From NCBI GenBank assembly GCA_977017575.1, contig CDRNVI010000093.1, positions 1 through 64,000 of the forward strand: a stretch of 64,000 bases of DNA, in the 5' to 3' direction. Origin of the DNA: Paramoeba atlantica. Its lineage: Eukaryota > Protista > Discosea. Below, one piece after another: positions 49,501-60,416 of this stretch (within the stretch, counting starts at the first letter, position 1; each line of letters begins with the position of its first letter). The position numbers and the translations under genes were made by a program. The notes under the pieces were generated by a model that was not told the origin of the DNA, made no database searches, and worked only from the letters and a program-made list of their open reading frames with translations.

Positions 49501-52500
49501 ATATTGAGCAAACAGGTGGAGCGCGCATATCCACTGCACAGGCCTCTCAAGGCTCAAATTTGCGTATGAGTTCTCAGAATTCGATAGTTGTGCGAATGCG
49601 TGAAGACTGTGGAACATGCGTTGAAGGGGGCGTACGTGCACTGCCCACGTCGGCGTAGTACGAGCCACTCCTGCAACACAGACTTCGTAATGAGAAGATT
49701 TTCGGAGACTGTCTCTTAGAAAAGTGACGTAAAAGGTACGTGAAACCTCTCGAGAAGGTGTCCCTCGTGCCAAAGCAAGGGCCATAAGCTTCAGATTAAC
49801 ATACCATGGAGTGTTCGGTGAAGTTAAAGGAAGCAGTAACGTCGAGCTAAGACACTGACGATATCGAGCACAGCATAAAGACACTGCATGGTACCATTGG
49901 TCAACGCTGGGCTGACAGAGCCCGTAAACTAATCCTGAAACCCGAGTACTTTCTGCAGTATATTTTCGCACGAGTCGAAGAACCACTCTTGAGGAATCGG
50001 CTAGACCACGGCGAACCATGTACGTGGCCAATGAGTAGACCTCCCTGCGACATTTAAAACGGGCTAAAGTACGCAGTGCATGCACAAACAAATTTTGACA
50101 ACGATCTCTGAGGCAAGAGCAATTCCTGTCATTGTGGGGGCATGAAAAATACAAACTCAATGAATTTTTTTCGTGTAAATTCTGCAGCTGTGTAACAACT
50201 TCCAGCGTTAAACGCCACGACGCTGAAACTGCTCGAAACATTGCGCTCGGTTTTGTTCTTTGAATGCAGTACAATGCAGCTGCCCAATGTGTTTCTAGAA
50301 TACAGCTCGGCACACCACGCATAGAATTTATAATAGTCCTGCTATAGAAGTTCGTAGAGCAAAGTGTGACCCCCTCCAATTCTCCCAGGGTTGGCGCATT
50401 TATTCCTCTATGATTAGAAAAACGCGTGCACTGTAAAGTAACACTTTCAATCCATCTTTCATCGTAATGAAACGTTGAATCTAAGGACAACGTTAAAAAT
50501 AGCAGCAATTCCTCGCGTTTGTTTTCCTGCAGAAGCCTTTTGTGTGTCACTTGAACGTGATCAACGAAAAGGCACTGGCGAAGGGCGAGAATGAATAGCG
50601 TGCGTAGTATAGTCATAACCGAAATACTCGCAAATGGTTCCTTTTCAAGCATACAATGGATTCGAACAAGGTACGAATGCCTCCAACTCTTTGTCTTCGA
50701 ATGACTCATTGGGGTGTCAAGTAAATGCCTGTAAATGCGCCGTATCTCCGTAGAAATTGAAATGGGAAGATCCATACCTTCCCCCCTTTTCACAACGGAA
50801 AACAGATTAGTGGTTCCCTTAGACGCCTTGATTTTGTGCTTCGTCGTATTGGTAATGTACAGTAGCAGCCGGGAAGTCAGAGCTGGATAGAATTTCATGT
50901 TTCGAAACACTATGTTTACCCATTCCACATAGTTACAGGATACTCTAAGGTAATACTCTGATACGGATTGTAGACGAAGAGACTCTTGGTCAAGGTTTAG
51001 AAGTGCTGGAATTCTTTTCCCTGAAAATAACGTTTTCGTTGACTTAAGATTCAATTTATTTTCGTGTTCTGTAATGAACGCTTCTTTTTCATCCCAGAGC
51101 AAATCAGTGAGGCGCAATATAACGTCAACAGGAAGGCGCACGGGTAGTCGAAATCTTATTTCATCATCTAAAGCTGGATTGATTACCTGCAAAAAGACAG
51201 AAAGATGAGTGCAACTTGACTTTAAGCTAGGTCTAAAGTAAGCTGGATGAAGTAACAATCTTGACAGTTCGTGTCCGTCGCAGTTTCGCGAAAGTTGTAC
51301 GGCTATGGAATAAGGCAATTCGACTTCATTTATTTTGCGAGCATCTCTGATCAACTGGGAATCAAACCGTGCAAAGCTTTCTTTTGAATGACAATGAGTG
51401 TCTGAGTCATGTTTTGGTGTCCACTGCACGCCGCTTCGCGTACAAATGGCGCGAAACGAATGAAGTGCTCTCTCCCAATCCATTACAGTCACATCCTTCA
51501 CTTTTGTGGCTCCTTGAAGCTTATTCCCCAGTATTGAGTTGAGCTGCAAAATAGAACCAATGTCTCCGAATGAAAGTTTATCATTTTCGGCATGCAAATT
51601 CTTTAAAAGCAAAGGGTTGCAAAAACAATCTCGTAGCGTGTTAACTGCTTTAGCATTCTCTTCGAGTAGACCAAAGACTTCTTGTTGCATGATATGAATC
51701 GCCAGAATGAGGGATTCTCCCGCAGGCATTCTCATCGCTGAGTATAACAGGTAATTTCCGTATCTGTATATATTTCGTTTGCGTTCTGCAACGTGTACGC
51801 GATGTACGAACCAAGACAGCGGTGTTAAAAAATAGTCTGTGGTAGCATGCCTCAGAGCCCATGGACGAGAAACGGCAAGCGCAGCAAATATTTTGTAAGT
51901 GGAAGCACTAGAGATCGATGAAACTTCTATGGAATCTTCTGATTCGCGACACAGCCCTCCTGGTGATTCTCTGGCTCTTGCAAATAGTTTGCGTTCCTTT
52001 GGTAGTTTGGGCTTTAATTGATGTTTTTTCAGCGCTGCCGCGTAATGGCTGAGAATTACTTCCCACGGAGGAACAATCCATCTGGAAATTTTCACGTTAT
52101 CACTTTGATTCAATCTACGAATACCAGAATCTACATCAGTACCAATAATTTCAATGAAATTTGGCATTTCCACATGATGAACCAAGACGTCAATAAATTT
52201 TCTTCCGCCGGAGCTTAACGATAGATTCCAAGCTACTTCGGTGTGACCACCGAAATTCGAATTTAAAAAATTTGTTCCCCTGTCTTCGCCTATCTCGCTA
52301 TGAAAAGGAACGTTCTTTGAAGCCTGTTGCAACATAAATGCTTGAAGGAAGTCTCCGACATCCCAATTACACTTTATTTGCAAAGAGGGGAAGTATTTTT
52401 CGATCAGCAAACGGCCAGTAGGACAGTGACGCAGCAAAGCATGCATTTCAATCCTGCTTCGTTCTTGGAATTCAGGAATCGTTACATCATGATGGGAAGT

Positions 52501-55500
52501 CGGATCTCGGTTATCTGCTCCAAGAGGGTCATCACACAGATATTTTGCGTAAGTTCTTATGTAATAATGAGCAGTTGTGCGTGATATAGGAGCGGCACTC
52601 AATAACCATGCCCGAAGGTCGTTCTCCTGCATTGGTCGTACATTTGCCGCCTTGTTCAGAGGAAGACGTTTTCTTTCTGCACGCAACATAATCTTGTTAA
52701 AGTTGGGGTACCTTTGGCCAGTAGTCTTTTCTTCGGATGGAACATACAGTGTGTTTTCTAGGTTTGTAGTCTTGTGATAAAGTCTGTGGCGCAACAACAA
52801 TTCAATGAGGTGTCCGTGTACCCTTGCCCCCTCAAAATTAAGCCAAACATGAATGGCGGCCGTCCAAAGTGGTCCGATAGATAGGAATTTTGACAAGGAA
52901 AAAGGAAATTCGGGTCGTTTGCCTCCAACTACACATTCGTCCACACCTTTCGCTACCGCACTACACCGTATGAGTCGGAACAAAGCAGCGTAGTCTAACC
53001 GTTTCAAAAGAATTGTGTCAAAGGTGTTATCCATAAAAAGGCAAACCGGTGCCGCAATGGTGTCCAGAATCCCCTTGGATGGAATCTTGGGAACAGTATA
53101 CAACAAAGCTGAAGCGTATGGAGATAAATGAAAGGGGGCGCTGCTGTAGGGCCATACCGTCCCATTCTGGCGCCAGCTTTCAACCACGTACACGACAACT
53201 TTCCAAGGAGTTGTGAGCTTCTCTCCTAACCAGCGATTTGTACATACATGAGAAGGAAAATCGGATATTAAGCTCCGGAGTAGCGCTTCAAAAATTGCCA
53301 GAGGTACTTTCCGCATCTTATTGCAACGAATCAAACGAAGCGCCTCCATCCATGAAGGTACCTCAATATATTTTTGTTTCACGAGCGATTTTGATAAGTG
53401 ATGCACATGACTTATAGTACTGTCACTTTGTAAAACTGCAAGAGCGAGATTCCATAAGGTGTTTTCTAAAAGTATGGTAGCCGCATGCAAACGAGCAAGC
53501 GTAGGAACGCTCTTCCTCATGCGTGCCATTTTCCACACAATGTTGGAGCACACACTTTTTAATTGTAGTGACACAACGCGTTTAGACTTCAGTTGACCCA
53601 GACGCCTCAAGCACAAAATACATAATCGCCAAGAGGAAAATGAGTGTCCCGCTCCTACGGATACGTCGTATGCATAGCGTAGCGTAATAGCACACTGCTC
53701 CCATGAGGCTGCACTGGAGAGAACTGATATAAGCTCCGTTTCAGTTGGGCGAAATTTTTCCTTTGTAGGATGTTCGAATTCTTCAAGCTGGCCAGTAGCA
53801 TCTGCTGAGCTCCTTTTGCAGAAGTCACCAATTGTTCGACGTTCATACAAGGCGTGGCGTCTGTATGCAAGTATATCACCCAACAGATTAACAGCGCGCC
53901 ACCAAGAAAGACAATGACTTTTTAGAAGGTAAAGCGCCCAGACTTGAAGGGAACCGTGTGCTGCTGTCTGCAAGCGTCTCGAATTGGTATACATTTCCCA
54001 CGATTTCTCCGGTTTTTTATGCAAAGCACGCATTACATAAGATAATGCGAAGTCGGATACAGCGCAATTATATTTCTGTGATCGTTCGTATAGCGATAGG
54101 ATTGAGTCACTGTTTCGTGTACTGCTTTCCTTGCTATGAGCATTGGTGCCCAGATTACTGTGCTTTGGAGGAGGTAAGTCCATACAGGCACCAAGAGAAG
54201 CAATAATAAACGAAACAAGCTTCGGTTTGTATAGGACAGAAACACTATCCTGACTGAAATGGCAGGCAAGAATTTCTAGCGAAACAAAAGCCTGAATTGC
54301 CACTATCCATTCTGTAGCCTGAATTTTGTTTTTGATTACGAATGTAGGTGTAGATCGACTTTGGGCAACTAGGGGACGCTGCCCGAGTAGCACCTCGTCT
54401 TCACCGTAAGCATTTCTTAACACAGTGTAAGAATATTTTTTCACTTCTTTTGAATCAGTTTTTGGAAACAAGACGGAGAGTGTTCGGCTTGAGAATGCAA
54501 TTTCACGTTTTGCGGTCCGTTCTCCGTCATAAACATATTCCAAAATGCCTTGTGCTAGCCATTCTAGCTTTGATGTTGTCAATAGGGTCTGATGTCGCGC
54601 TTCCTCCGGCTGTCTTCTTAATAAATCCAATACAAGAACTGACAAATCAGGGTAGAATCGGACAAGGGCTTTTGCTGAACCTTCCGTTGAAAAAATGCAA
54701 AAAGTATCGAAAATTCTAGGAATCATTGACAGGAAAGGACTCAATTGATTGCCTTCCTGACGAACATTCGCCGATGTATTAGTTTCTTTTCGCGTGGCCA
54801 ATGTTCTTAACGAATACGATTTTTTATTAGAGCTTAATATATTTTCGATAGAGCAAGAAGGTACGATGTTCGATTCTTCAAGCCTAGAGGATTCAAAGCT
54901 TTTAGGGAACGGTTTAGAAAATTTTAAACATTCCGGCGGAAATAGGGACTTTGTAAAGAGCTTCATCTCATGGTGCAACACATTCTCTTCAGCCGGAACG
55001 TTCCATTGAGAGTATCTATCTCTTTCTGGCATTTGATCTGTCGAATTTTCTAAATCTTGTGCAGGAGTGGCGGTTTCAGACTCTGTGGTATTATTTTCGC
55101 CCCTACACAGAGTACGTCCGTTACTACATTCATTATGAATGTAGTATGAATCATACGGACTTGGGTGCAAGGTAGAAGCATTATCTGTTGGACACCTTTG
55201 GTCTCTAATTTTTTGTTGAAACAATTCTTTTTCATTACGAATACTCAAGAATAGGCCAGATAAAAAAGCGCTCTTTTTTCTCATAAGTGCTTGATCAAGT
55301 AGTAGTCTGCGAGGATACAGTGATTTACTGGTTGAGAGCGTATTTTCTATCATCGTATTTCCGGAAAATTTTTGTTGAGAATGCGGCTTTCCAAAGAAAT
55401 ATCGTATCGAAAAATCTTTGTGCGTTTCTTCACAAATCGTAGCTAATTCTTCTAACAAAGGTAGATCCTTAGATTCGGGCGAAATTATCGTAGACGGCGA

Positions 55501-55998
55501 ATCCGATAGGCTAGGGTCCTGCAATAAATACGATGGTTGCTCCAAAAGTTTCTTTGTATCTTCCTCAACGTAGCATTCGTCATGTACATATTCGTTCACA
55601 AGAGGGCTTTCGAAGGAAAGCTCAATAAAAGTGTCATAATTTGACTTCATTGAATATCGGGAAGGAAAACGAGTAGAGTGTGCTGTACTCTTTTTCATTT
55701 GAAGCGAATCAGGCGTCGCATTGAGGTATGCATCTATTTTGGTTCGAGATGTAGGGCTAGAATTTGTCTCCACGGTGTCATCTAAATTTCTTCGATCATG
55801 TGCGGAATAAATTTTTTTTGAATCACCTTGAAAGCTGAAATTCGGAGCGCTCTTATGAAAAAGAAATGCGGAGGTCTGCCGCAAAAAGTGCATTCTAGAA
55901 ATGCTCCTATTCATTGCGTCCAAGAAGGAAACCTTACCAAATGATGAATATTTTGGAGTGCACAATTGATTTCCATCGTGGAAGGTGTGGTCAAGCAA
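46591..55998 (-). CDS. 3135-aa helical-repeat (PPR-like) protein, possibly mitochondrial
   Basis: One 9.4-kb ORF with more than 20 W-x-x-[AC/hydrophobic]-L-type motifs (e.g. DWERALHSF, NWNKAMALL, SWSSALELV) and an Arg/Ser-rich leader from the second Met. Confidence 0.75.
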   Translation of the reverse strand: MLDHTFHDGNQLCTPKYSSFGKVSFLDAMNRSISRMHFLRQTSAFLFHKSAPNFSFQGDSKKIYSAHDRRNLDDTVETNSSPTSRTKIDAYLNATPDSLQMKKSTAHSTRFPSRYSMKSNYDTFIELSFESPLVNEYVHDECYVEEDTKKLLEQPSYLLQDPSLSDSPSTIISPESKDLPLLEELATICEETHKDFSIRYFFGKPHSQQKFSGNTMIENTLSTSKSLYPRRLLLDQALMRKKSAFLSGLFLSIRNEKELFQQKIRDQRCPTDNASTLHPSPYDSYYIHNECSNGRTLCRGENNTTESETATPAQDLENSTDQMPERDRYSQWNVPAEENVLHHEMKLFTKSLFPPECLKFSKPFPKSFESSRLEESNIVPSCSIENILSSNKKSYSLRTLATRKETNTSANVRQEGNQLSPFLSMIPRIFDTFCIFSTEGSAKALVRFYPDLSVLVLDLLRRQPEEARHQTLLTTSKLEWLAQGILEYVYDGERTAKREIAFSSRTLSVLFPKTDSKEVKKYSYTVLRNAYGEDEVLLGQRPLVAQSRSTPTFVIKNKIQATEWIVAIQAFVSLEILACHFSQDSVSVLYKPKLVSFIIASLGACMDLPPPKHSNLGTNAHSKESSTRNSDSILSLYERSQKYNCAVSDFALSYVMRALHKKPEKSWEMYTNSRRLQTAAHGSLQVWALYLLKSHCLSWWRAVNLLGDILAYRRHALYERRTIGDFCKRSSADATGQLEEFEHPTKEKFRPTETELISVLSSAASWEQCAITLRYAYDVSVGAGHSFSSWRLCILCLRRLGQLKSKRVVSLQLKSVCSNIVWKMARMRKSVPTLARLHAATILLENTLWNLALAVLQSDSTISHVHHLSKSLVKQKYIEVPSWMEALRLIRCNKMRKVPLAIFEALLRSLISDFPSHVCTNRWLGEKLTTPWKVVVYVVESWRQNGTVWPYSSAPFHLSPYASALLYTVPKIPSKGILDTIAAPVCLFMDNTFDTILLKRLDYAALFRLIRCSAVAKGVDECVVGGKRPEFPFSLSKFLSIGPLWTAAIHVWLNFEGARVHGHLIELLLRHRLYHKTTNLENTLYVPSEEKTTGQRYPNFNKIMLRAERKRLPLNKAANVRPMQENDLRAWLLSAAPISRTTAHYYIRTYAKYLCDDPLGADNRDPTSHHDVTIPEFQERSRIEMHALLRHCPTGRLLIEKYFPSLQIKCNWDVGDFLQAFMLQQASKNVPFHSEIGEDRGTNFLNSNFGGHTEVAWNLSLSSGGRKFIDVLVHHVEMPNFIEIIGTDVDSGIRRLNQSDNVKISRWIVPPWEVILSHYAAALKKHQLKPKLPKERKLFARARESPGGLCRESEDSIEVSSISSASTYKIFAALAVSRPWALRHATTDYFLTPLSWFVHRVHVAERKRNIYRYGNYLLYSAMRMPAGESLILAIHIMQQEVFGLLEENAKAVNTLRDCFCNPLLLKNLHAENDKLSFGDIGSILQLNSILGNKLQGATKVKDVTVMDWERALHSFRAICTRSGVQWTPKHDSDTHCHSKESFARFDSQLIRDARKINEVELPYSIAVQLSRNCDGHELSRLLLHPAYFRPSLKSSCTHLSVFLQVINPALDDEIRFRLPVRLPVDVILRLTDLLWDEKEAFITEHENKLNLKSTKTLFSGKRIPALLNLDQESLRLQSVSEYYLRVSCNYVEWVNIVFRNMKFYPALTSRLLLYITNTTKHKIKASKGTTNLFSVVKRGEGMDLPISISTEIRRIYRHLLDTPMSHSKTKSWRHSYLVRIHCMLEKEPFASISVMTILRTLFILALRQCLFVDHVQVTHKRLLQENKREELLLFLTLSLDSTFHYDERWIESVTLQCTRFSNHRGINAPTLGELEGVTLCSTNFYSRTIINSMRGVPSCILETHWAAALYCIQRTKPSAMFRAVSASWRLTLEVVTQLQNLHEKNSLSLYFSCPHNDRNCSCLRDRCQNLFVHALRTLARFKCRREVYSLATYMVRRGLADSSRVVLRLVRKYTAESTRVSGLVYGLCQPSVDQWYHAVSLCCARYRQCLSSTLLLPLTSPNTPWYVNLKLMALALARGTPSREVSRTFYVTFLRDSLRKSSHYEVCVAGVARTTPTWAVHVRPLQRMFHSLHAFAQLSNSENSYANLSLERPVQWICALHLFAQYKATCAPVLSIVANGMVRSLHTKTDLCMKFYHNIRQTSLSKEALTLCLDVAVKKARWMDCCRIVLHQVRSEPYVSDPLRSAVLRLFIMCSTDTVLFEALLSSPKLVSAKSPVSPKTDEIRNRKTGEKKQFSALDYTVISKSCLEMLLVTAVQFGRWQYVLMMCNENTSPPEMGSQLRDDDALRKIIISALAKLAPSYLYQFVVHSDDFLIPVAVLLHHYQLLFQSLVSSRTATQSHEGDSNVILEGGSSLPATLQSLNDLNFAMRRPVSQKLWNILSHLSENLHLIAKKDPALMANEQAWALIIDFIRYKIPVSLFIRFCWEPLNRTHSLSRDQNKTYQENFLDVPTNMYYSDFLKRSGVSIWNPLARLASFAGDWKSSLAALRALSTQSRATDSHSISSQGYLFLLIRAFIAELLQKRALHHSSLSTDVAIRMLGWALRLSYSLPVEAIVNNTSPGQSHACSETLALYSYEFCQRLLRFLTFPSAIGKNVVKSTNSHSFGTEFADSWSSALELVFSTRTEDKSFCFPPQILFADIIFSCLARFCPGNWNKAMALLSTACSNILDDGKKVWQNLGLKAALQPRTIGATICLLHQARQWKRSVRLYNFYNEQKATSCPLLEIKERVRQRPRDKLHISHDPTLALCFTLAQGHNMWQFVLKIVNELDFTSHNEGLETAQAAQIRAARAQYILQINILGIQLCWKLRRLKTAFVILRKSLCQHGRYLLDEKNQRSLALLENKRIEVGLSNLEERPSKYISLLNWACVVGFKITYSLKELIERENESSACDAYVATKRYSEIGVRWRNCLTMLQLCWQEKVPFLPKTQIFVTRMLLKVTPWEIALHHMQRIIVLSFPLNTQKTTFIESNKLEETSSHLEQLFPISKTKVQTHLLNEVLKTLISLIIRAPAKLPHPSQRVIETVYTTMEQTSPLTHYWMALFYQTHELKLSRSSVARYKYHVARLHSSMGQRGSS

Positions 55999-56299
55999 AT
56001 GTCAGCTGGTTTCATTACCATACTTTTCAACTGTACGTGAAACTCTGTTTGTATCACCATGAATTTCGGAGCGAGCTACTGCTGAATAGAATCTCCGGTG
56101 TTAAGAATCGACAATCTCCATCTTCGGTGTTAGGAAATCGCAAGGTTTTCTGAAAATCAACATATCGAAGAAAAACAAATAAGAGTAATGTAAAAGTTTG
56201 CAACACAAGCTAGTATACTTCACAACTTACCTTTTTAGATACAGTGTAGCATTGACTAATGAAAGCTTTTGTGAGGCAGCAAATGACACTGATGTGGTA

Positions 56300-57742
56300 T
56301 TATTCAAGCTGAGAAAAAAAGTCGTCATTCTTCTTGGACTGCTTAGAGGTTTTTGCTGTCTCACAAGATATACGCACCGCACCAGTAGATCTGTCGTAAG
56401 ATTCATCTTCTATAGGTTCATGTTTGTGTGTTCCATAAATTTCGTTTGCAGGAAACGTGGTCGAATCTTCTCCCACTTGATTTCCAGACTCACATACAGT
56501 GTCTGCAGAATCAGTGAGCGTGGTTTGGAGAAATCTTGAAACATCTACGAAGTTTATATCCTCGTCACACGCCATGACACAGATTTCAGATGAGTAACTC
56601 AGCGCGAAGCAGTGAATACCTCCACCCGAGTCTGCTTCATGAATAGTTTCCGTTGAAATCTCCATATATGGTTGTAACCCTAAGCAACACAGTTTCGCTT
56701 CTTCAGTGCCCACAAGGGCCCGACTGCGTTGCAAGCGGGTAGCCTTAGGTGCTACTTCCTTGATTACGTGAAGACAACTCAGTCCACTACCACAGCACTT
56801 TCTTCTGCGCGGTTCATCGACGCTAGTCGTGAGATCAGATACAGACCATGAACACAGACATCCATTTGACAACGCACAGTGTACAAGACTGTCTACCCCA
56901 CCGGCTCCGATGTCCCAATCCATTGCAACAATGTCCGCCTGACGTGATTTGAGCGCCTGGGTGAACCCAAGTGCTTTCCCTGCGCGTCGCAAATCGAACA
57001 GCCCTACGGTTCCATCCCCGGAGCTAGAGGCCATGATATACTGCAGACTCGGTCCTTTCTGCGTTACCACGTTTCGCGTATCCCCAAGAAAGAGCAAGTC
57101 ACTGATGTAGTCTGTGTGTCCATCCTCTTCAAAACGGAGAGAGGGAGATTTTGGGTTCCGTACGTCATAGGCGCAAATCACCCCGTATGTGTCACCCGCG
57201 ACGAGCGTCCCACGCAACGCGGTGTTGGAATATACCGTAGAGGTGTTCTTTAAGAAAGGGTAGCTATCTATTCCATTTCCGCTATCTATGAGCATTAATC
57301 GCTCCACAGGTCCCGCGTGCCATTTGCGTAAGGTTTTCCAGGTCTCGTGCTCATGCTCGAGATCGTAACATCGTAGTCGACGATCGGCTCCGGCGGTGTA
57401 CATTTGTGTCCCATTTTTGTCAAAGCGTATCGATCGAACGGATCGGGTGTGACGTCCAATTTTGTAGTACAGCTTCCATTCTTTGTTCACTCTATTGAAC
57501 ATAAGAACCTCGCCGTTTATAAGGCCACAAGCAACCGATTCATGTTGTGGGTGGAATTCTAGGTCCAGACAAGGGCACGAGAGGGGAATCCTCGTTAAGT
57601 CCTGATCCGCCTTCATTTCGAATGAATTTTTTAAGGGTTCGGTGAACGGATAACCGGTGAGAATAATAATAATAATAAAAATAAAAAAAGTATGTGCAAT
57701 GAAGAAAGAGCTTTTCAGCTCCAGCTCGACACTAGATCCCAA
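56300..57742 (-). CDS. WD40 protein, WDR55/Jip5-like; the true start is probably MKADQDL
   Basis: DLEFHPQHESVACGLINGEV, HTRSVRSIRF, HTDYISDL and SSGDGTVGLFDLRR. Confidence 0.75.
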   Translation of the reverse strand: MGSSVELELKSSFFIAHTFFIFIIIIILTGYPFTEPLKNSFEMKADQDLTRIPLSCPCLDLEFHPQHESVACGLINGEVLMFNRVNKEWKLYYKIGRHTRSVRSIRFDKNGTQMYTAGADRRLRCYDLEHEHETWKTLRKWHAGPVERLMLIDSGNGIDSYPFLKNTSTVYSNTALRGTLVAGDTYGVICAYDVRNPKSPSLRFEEDGHTDYISDLLFLGDTRNVVTQKGPSLQYIMASSSGDGTVGLFDLRRAGKALGFTQALKSRQADIVAMDWDIGAGGVDSLVHCALSNGCLCSWSVSDLTTSVDEPRRRKCCGSGLSCLHVIKEVAPKATRLQRSRALVGTEEAKLCCLGLQPYMEISTETIHEADSGGGIHCFALSYSSEICVMACDEDINFVDVSRFLQTTLTDSADTVCESGNQVGEDSTTFPANEIYGTHKHEPIEDESYDRSTGAVRISCETAKTSKQSKKNDDFFSQLE

Positions 57743-58411
57743 GCAAAATAGGTATACACGTATCTACACGGTATCGAAAACCTTGTGCATAACATTTTTC
57801 TTGTGAAAACGAACGGGATTGAATATGTTGTAAATAGTGTATTGATCACTGTAACAAGGGCGCTACCTTTCACATCAGTGAAAAAAAGTGAAAAAAGTAT
57901 AATTTCCTGCTTGATCTTTCTTATGGTGAAAAACAGAAAGAAACTAGTGAGTAAATCCAGTTCAAGTGAATATACATGTATACTGTACAAAAAATGCAGC
58001 TATGTAGTTGTACATATTCCAAGCAATCATTGTAGCGCGGTGTAGTTGAATACAAGTTCATAGTGTAGCCAAAACATTTAGTGAAGAAATATAGAGTGGT
58101 GCAAGATGAATTCGTGATGTGACTTTAAAAGTATCCTTAATATTCAAACAGTGTTCGAAAAATAGGAGTCACGTAATGAAATTTCAATAAAAATAAATAG
58201 ACTCGTTTGTTTGTTTAATATATTCTCTATTGTTTGCTTTAATATATTCTAATTAAGTTGAGTCTATTTGAATGACATAAATCGTTTTATTCAAACATGT
58301 GTAAAAAATATCGGTTATGGGTTACCTTCTCTGGGATGATACGTGCACATCAAATTGAAAGCTTTTTGTGGTACATACATGGGCGTGTTCACTCCACGTT
58401 TCTGCAGTAGA

Positions 58412-59314
58412 TTAACAATAGTGTGGTGTGGCGATAACCACCATGGTATCAAACCTTTCTGGCATTTGTTCCTTTCTGTCTGAAAAACTTGAGACGTTTG
58501 ATTTTACTCCGCCTTTGTCTTGCGTCGCTCGAGCGCCCTCTTCAGTTCCAGGAGGGCGATTTCGAATTGTTTTCGGCAGAGTATAACTCGTCATTCGAGC
58601 CTCGTTTTTCCGGGTTAGACAGCCAAGGTTAATACGATGACGACGATTGATAATGGCTGTAAATCTCCAACATATACGCTTCTTACTTTGCTCTCCATCA
58701 GGAAGAGCATCCTGCAGCGCCTCTAGTACTGCGGCATTTCCTTTTTCTGCAATTTCTGCTTCAGTCCTTGCCGACATCAGGCCATCACTGGTTGTCACTT
58801 CTTTGTATTTCTTCTCCAGTTTTTCTTGGATTGTCCGGAAAACACGCTCGGTCCGCGGACTTAATGGGATCGATTTGGTTTCTTCATTTTGCAATTGCCC
58901 AGAACATTCCTTCGACTGTGCGCCTGATCCTACATTCTCACATGATTCATCAGTACCCTGTGGTAGCGAGAGAAAAAGCGGGGGTGGTGGTTCCACTTCA
59001 AAATAGGGGTCAAGATTTGGAGACGTCAATGTGAAGTGGCAAGTATCACTGAAAAGGCCAGAATTCACTCCAAGACTTTCCTGGAAACTAATTTCCTCAC
59101 TTTGGGTGGGTCGATCTCGACGTAAGGGGACGTGGGCGAGTGTAGCATGCACGGAGGCATCACTTTCTCGAGTAAGATAGGCCGCGATGGTGGCAAAAGG
59201 ATGGGTACGATTCAGCGGTGGATCGGCGGGTTCGACATCAGTCGGACCAAGACGTGGATCGTCAGGCAAGGAATCACAAAAGTCACGCGCGCTTTGATTT
59301 TCGGAGTGGTTCAT
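58412..59314 (-). CDS. Hypothetical protein
   Basis: 300-aa ORF on the cluster strand; no domain was recognised. Confidence 0.6.
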   Translation of the reverse strand: MNHSENQSARDFCDSLPDDPRLGPTDVEPADPPLNRTHPFATIAAYLTRESDASVHATLAHVPLRRDRPTQSEEISFQESLGVNSGLFSDTCHFTLTSPNLDPYFEVEPPPPLFLSLPQGTDESCENVGSGAQSKECSGQLQNEETKSIPLSPRTERVFRTIQEKLEKKYKEVTTSDGLMSARTEAEIAEKGNAAVLEALQDALPDGEQSKKRICWRFTAIINRRHRINLGCLTRKNEARMTSYTLPKTIRNRPPGTEEGARATQDKGGVKSNVSSFSDRKEQMPERFDTMVVIATPHYC

Positions 59315-59947
59315 TTTTGAGGTGTCACTTGACAGCAGCCAAGCATGTGGAGTAAAACTCTACGACCAAAAGTACTCGTGAAAAGAAAGTGGATTACAAA
59401 GTTCCTTCATCCGTTCTCCGAACGCTATATATTTTTCTTTTTTAGTTGCTTCGTTAAACGCGGTGGTTGATTTCAACTTAGAAGTCACTCATGCTACGGA
59501 CTTCGCGTTGAAAACTACCTCCGTGTCTAACGAAGCGACTAAAAAGGAAAACTTGGCTTCGAAATCGCAAGAAACCGAAGGGATTTCTAATCATTTGAGC
59601 CAACAACATAGCCTATTTGTGGGCAAAAATGGTGTCCTTTTTGCGTACTTTCGCTTTCAGAGCACTAATTCCGAGAATTGGTCCGAGAATTAGAACTTGG
59701 TCACCTCCGGGTGAGAGGGGGAATGTACGCCAAGACTCCGGCTACGCCTTTTTTTCGAAAAAAAATAGTGCGGTATGCCCCCTCCTCTAGAACCCCCCTG
59801 GACACCCCAAGGCTCCGAATTTGTTTTGTCAAATTTGGACCACCGGAGCCCCTTTTATAATTTTTCTTTTATTATTACTGTGTTCTTCTTTTTTTTTTAC
59901 TGTTTTTGTTCGTTGTTTTCAATAATCGAGGGCGGTAGTAACCAACG

Positions 59948-60336
59948 GGTGGAATTGAACGAAGTTTGCACACTTTTTCAAAAACAAATTAAAACGATCT
60001 TATTATTATTTGCTTCTGTTGCTTGCAAAAGATATAGTTTAGAATCTTTGCTTGTATCCTTGACCTTTTTACGTTCTCAGGTACGGGTGAAATCATGGTC
60101 AATCACTTTGATGGTGGGTTTTGTTGTGAGTGTCTTGAAATGAACTGTGTCACACGTCTTCCGTTTATTGAGGTTAAGTGAGGTTAAGCCCTCTGGTACG
60201 AGTTTTGTTGGATGTGGCATTGTTTTGTGCGGAAATCGTCTTGTCTGCATCATTTTGATTTTCTTTGGAATTCGTTGATATTTGGTCACTTTTAGAATTT
60301 TTTTTACAAAGTGTGCAAACTTCGTTCAATCTGACC
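59948..60336. mobile_element. MITE with ~29-bp TIRs and an 8-bp TSD (Merlin-like), copy 2
   Basis: Same element and orientation as 11890-12274, with TSD AACCAACG at 59940-59947 and 60337-60344. Confidence 0.9.
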
Positions 60337-60416
60337 AACCAACGCAATAAAGAACAAGTAGAGTCAATTAAGTAATGGTGAACCTAAGATAAAGCTAGAA
60401 AAATATGTTGTTGTTT

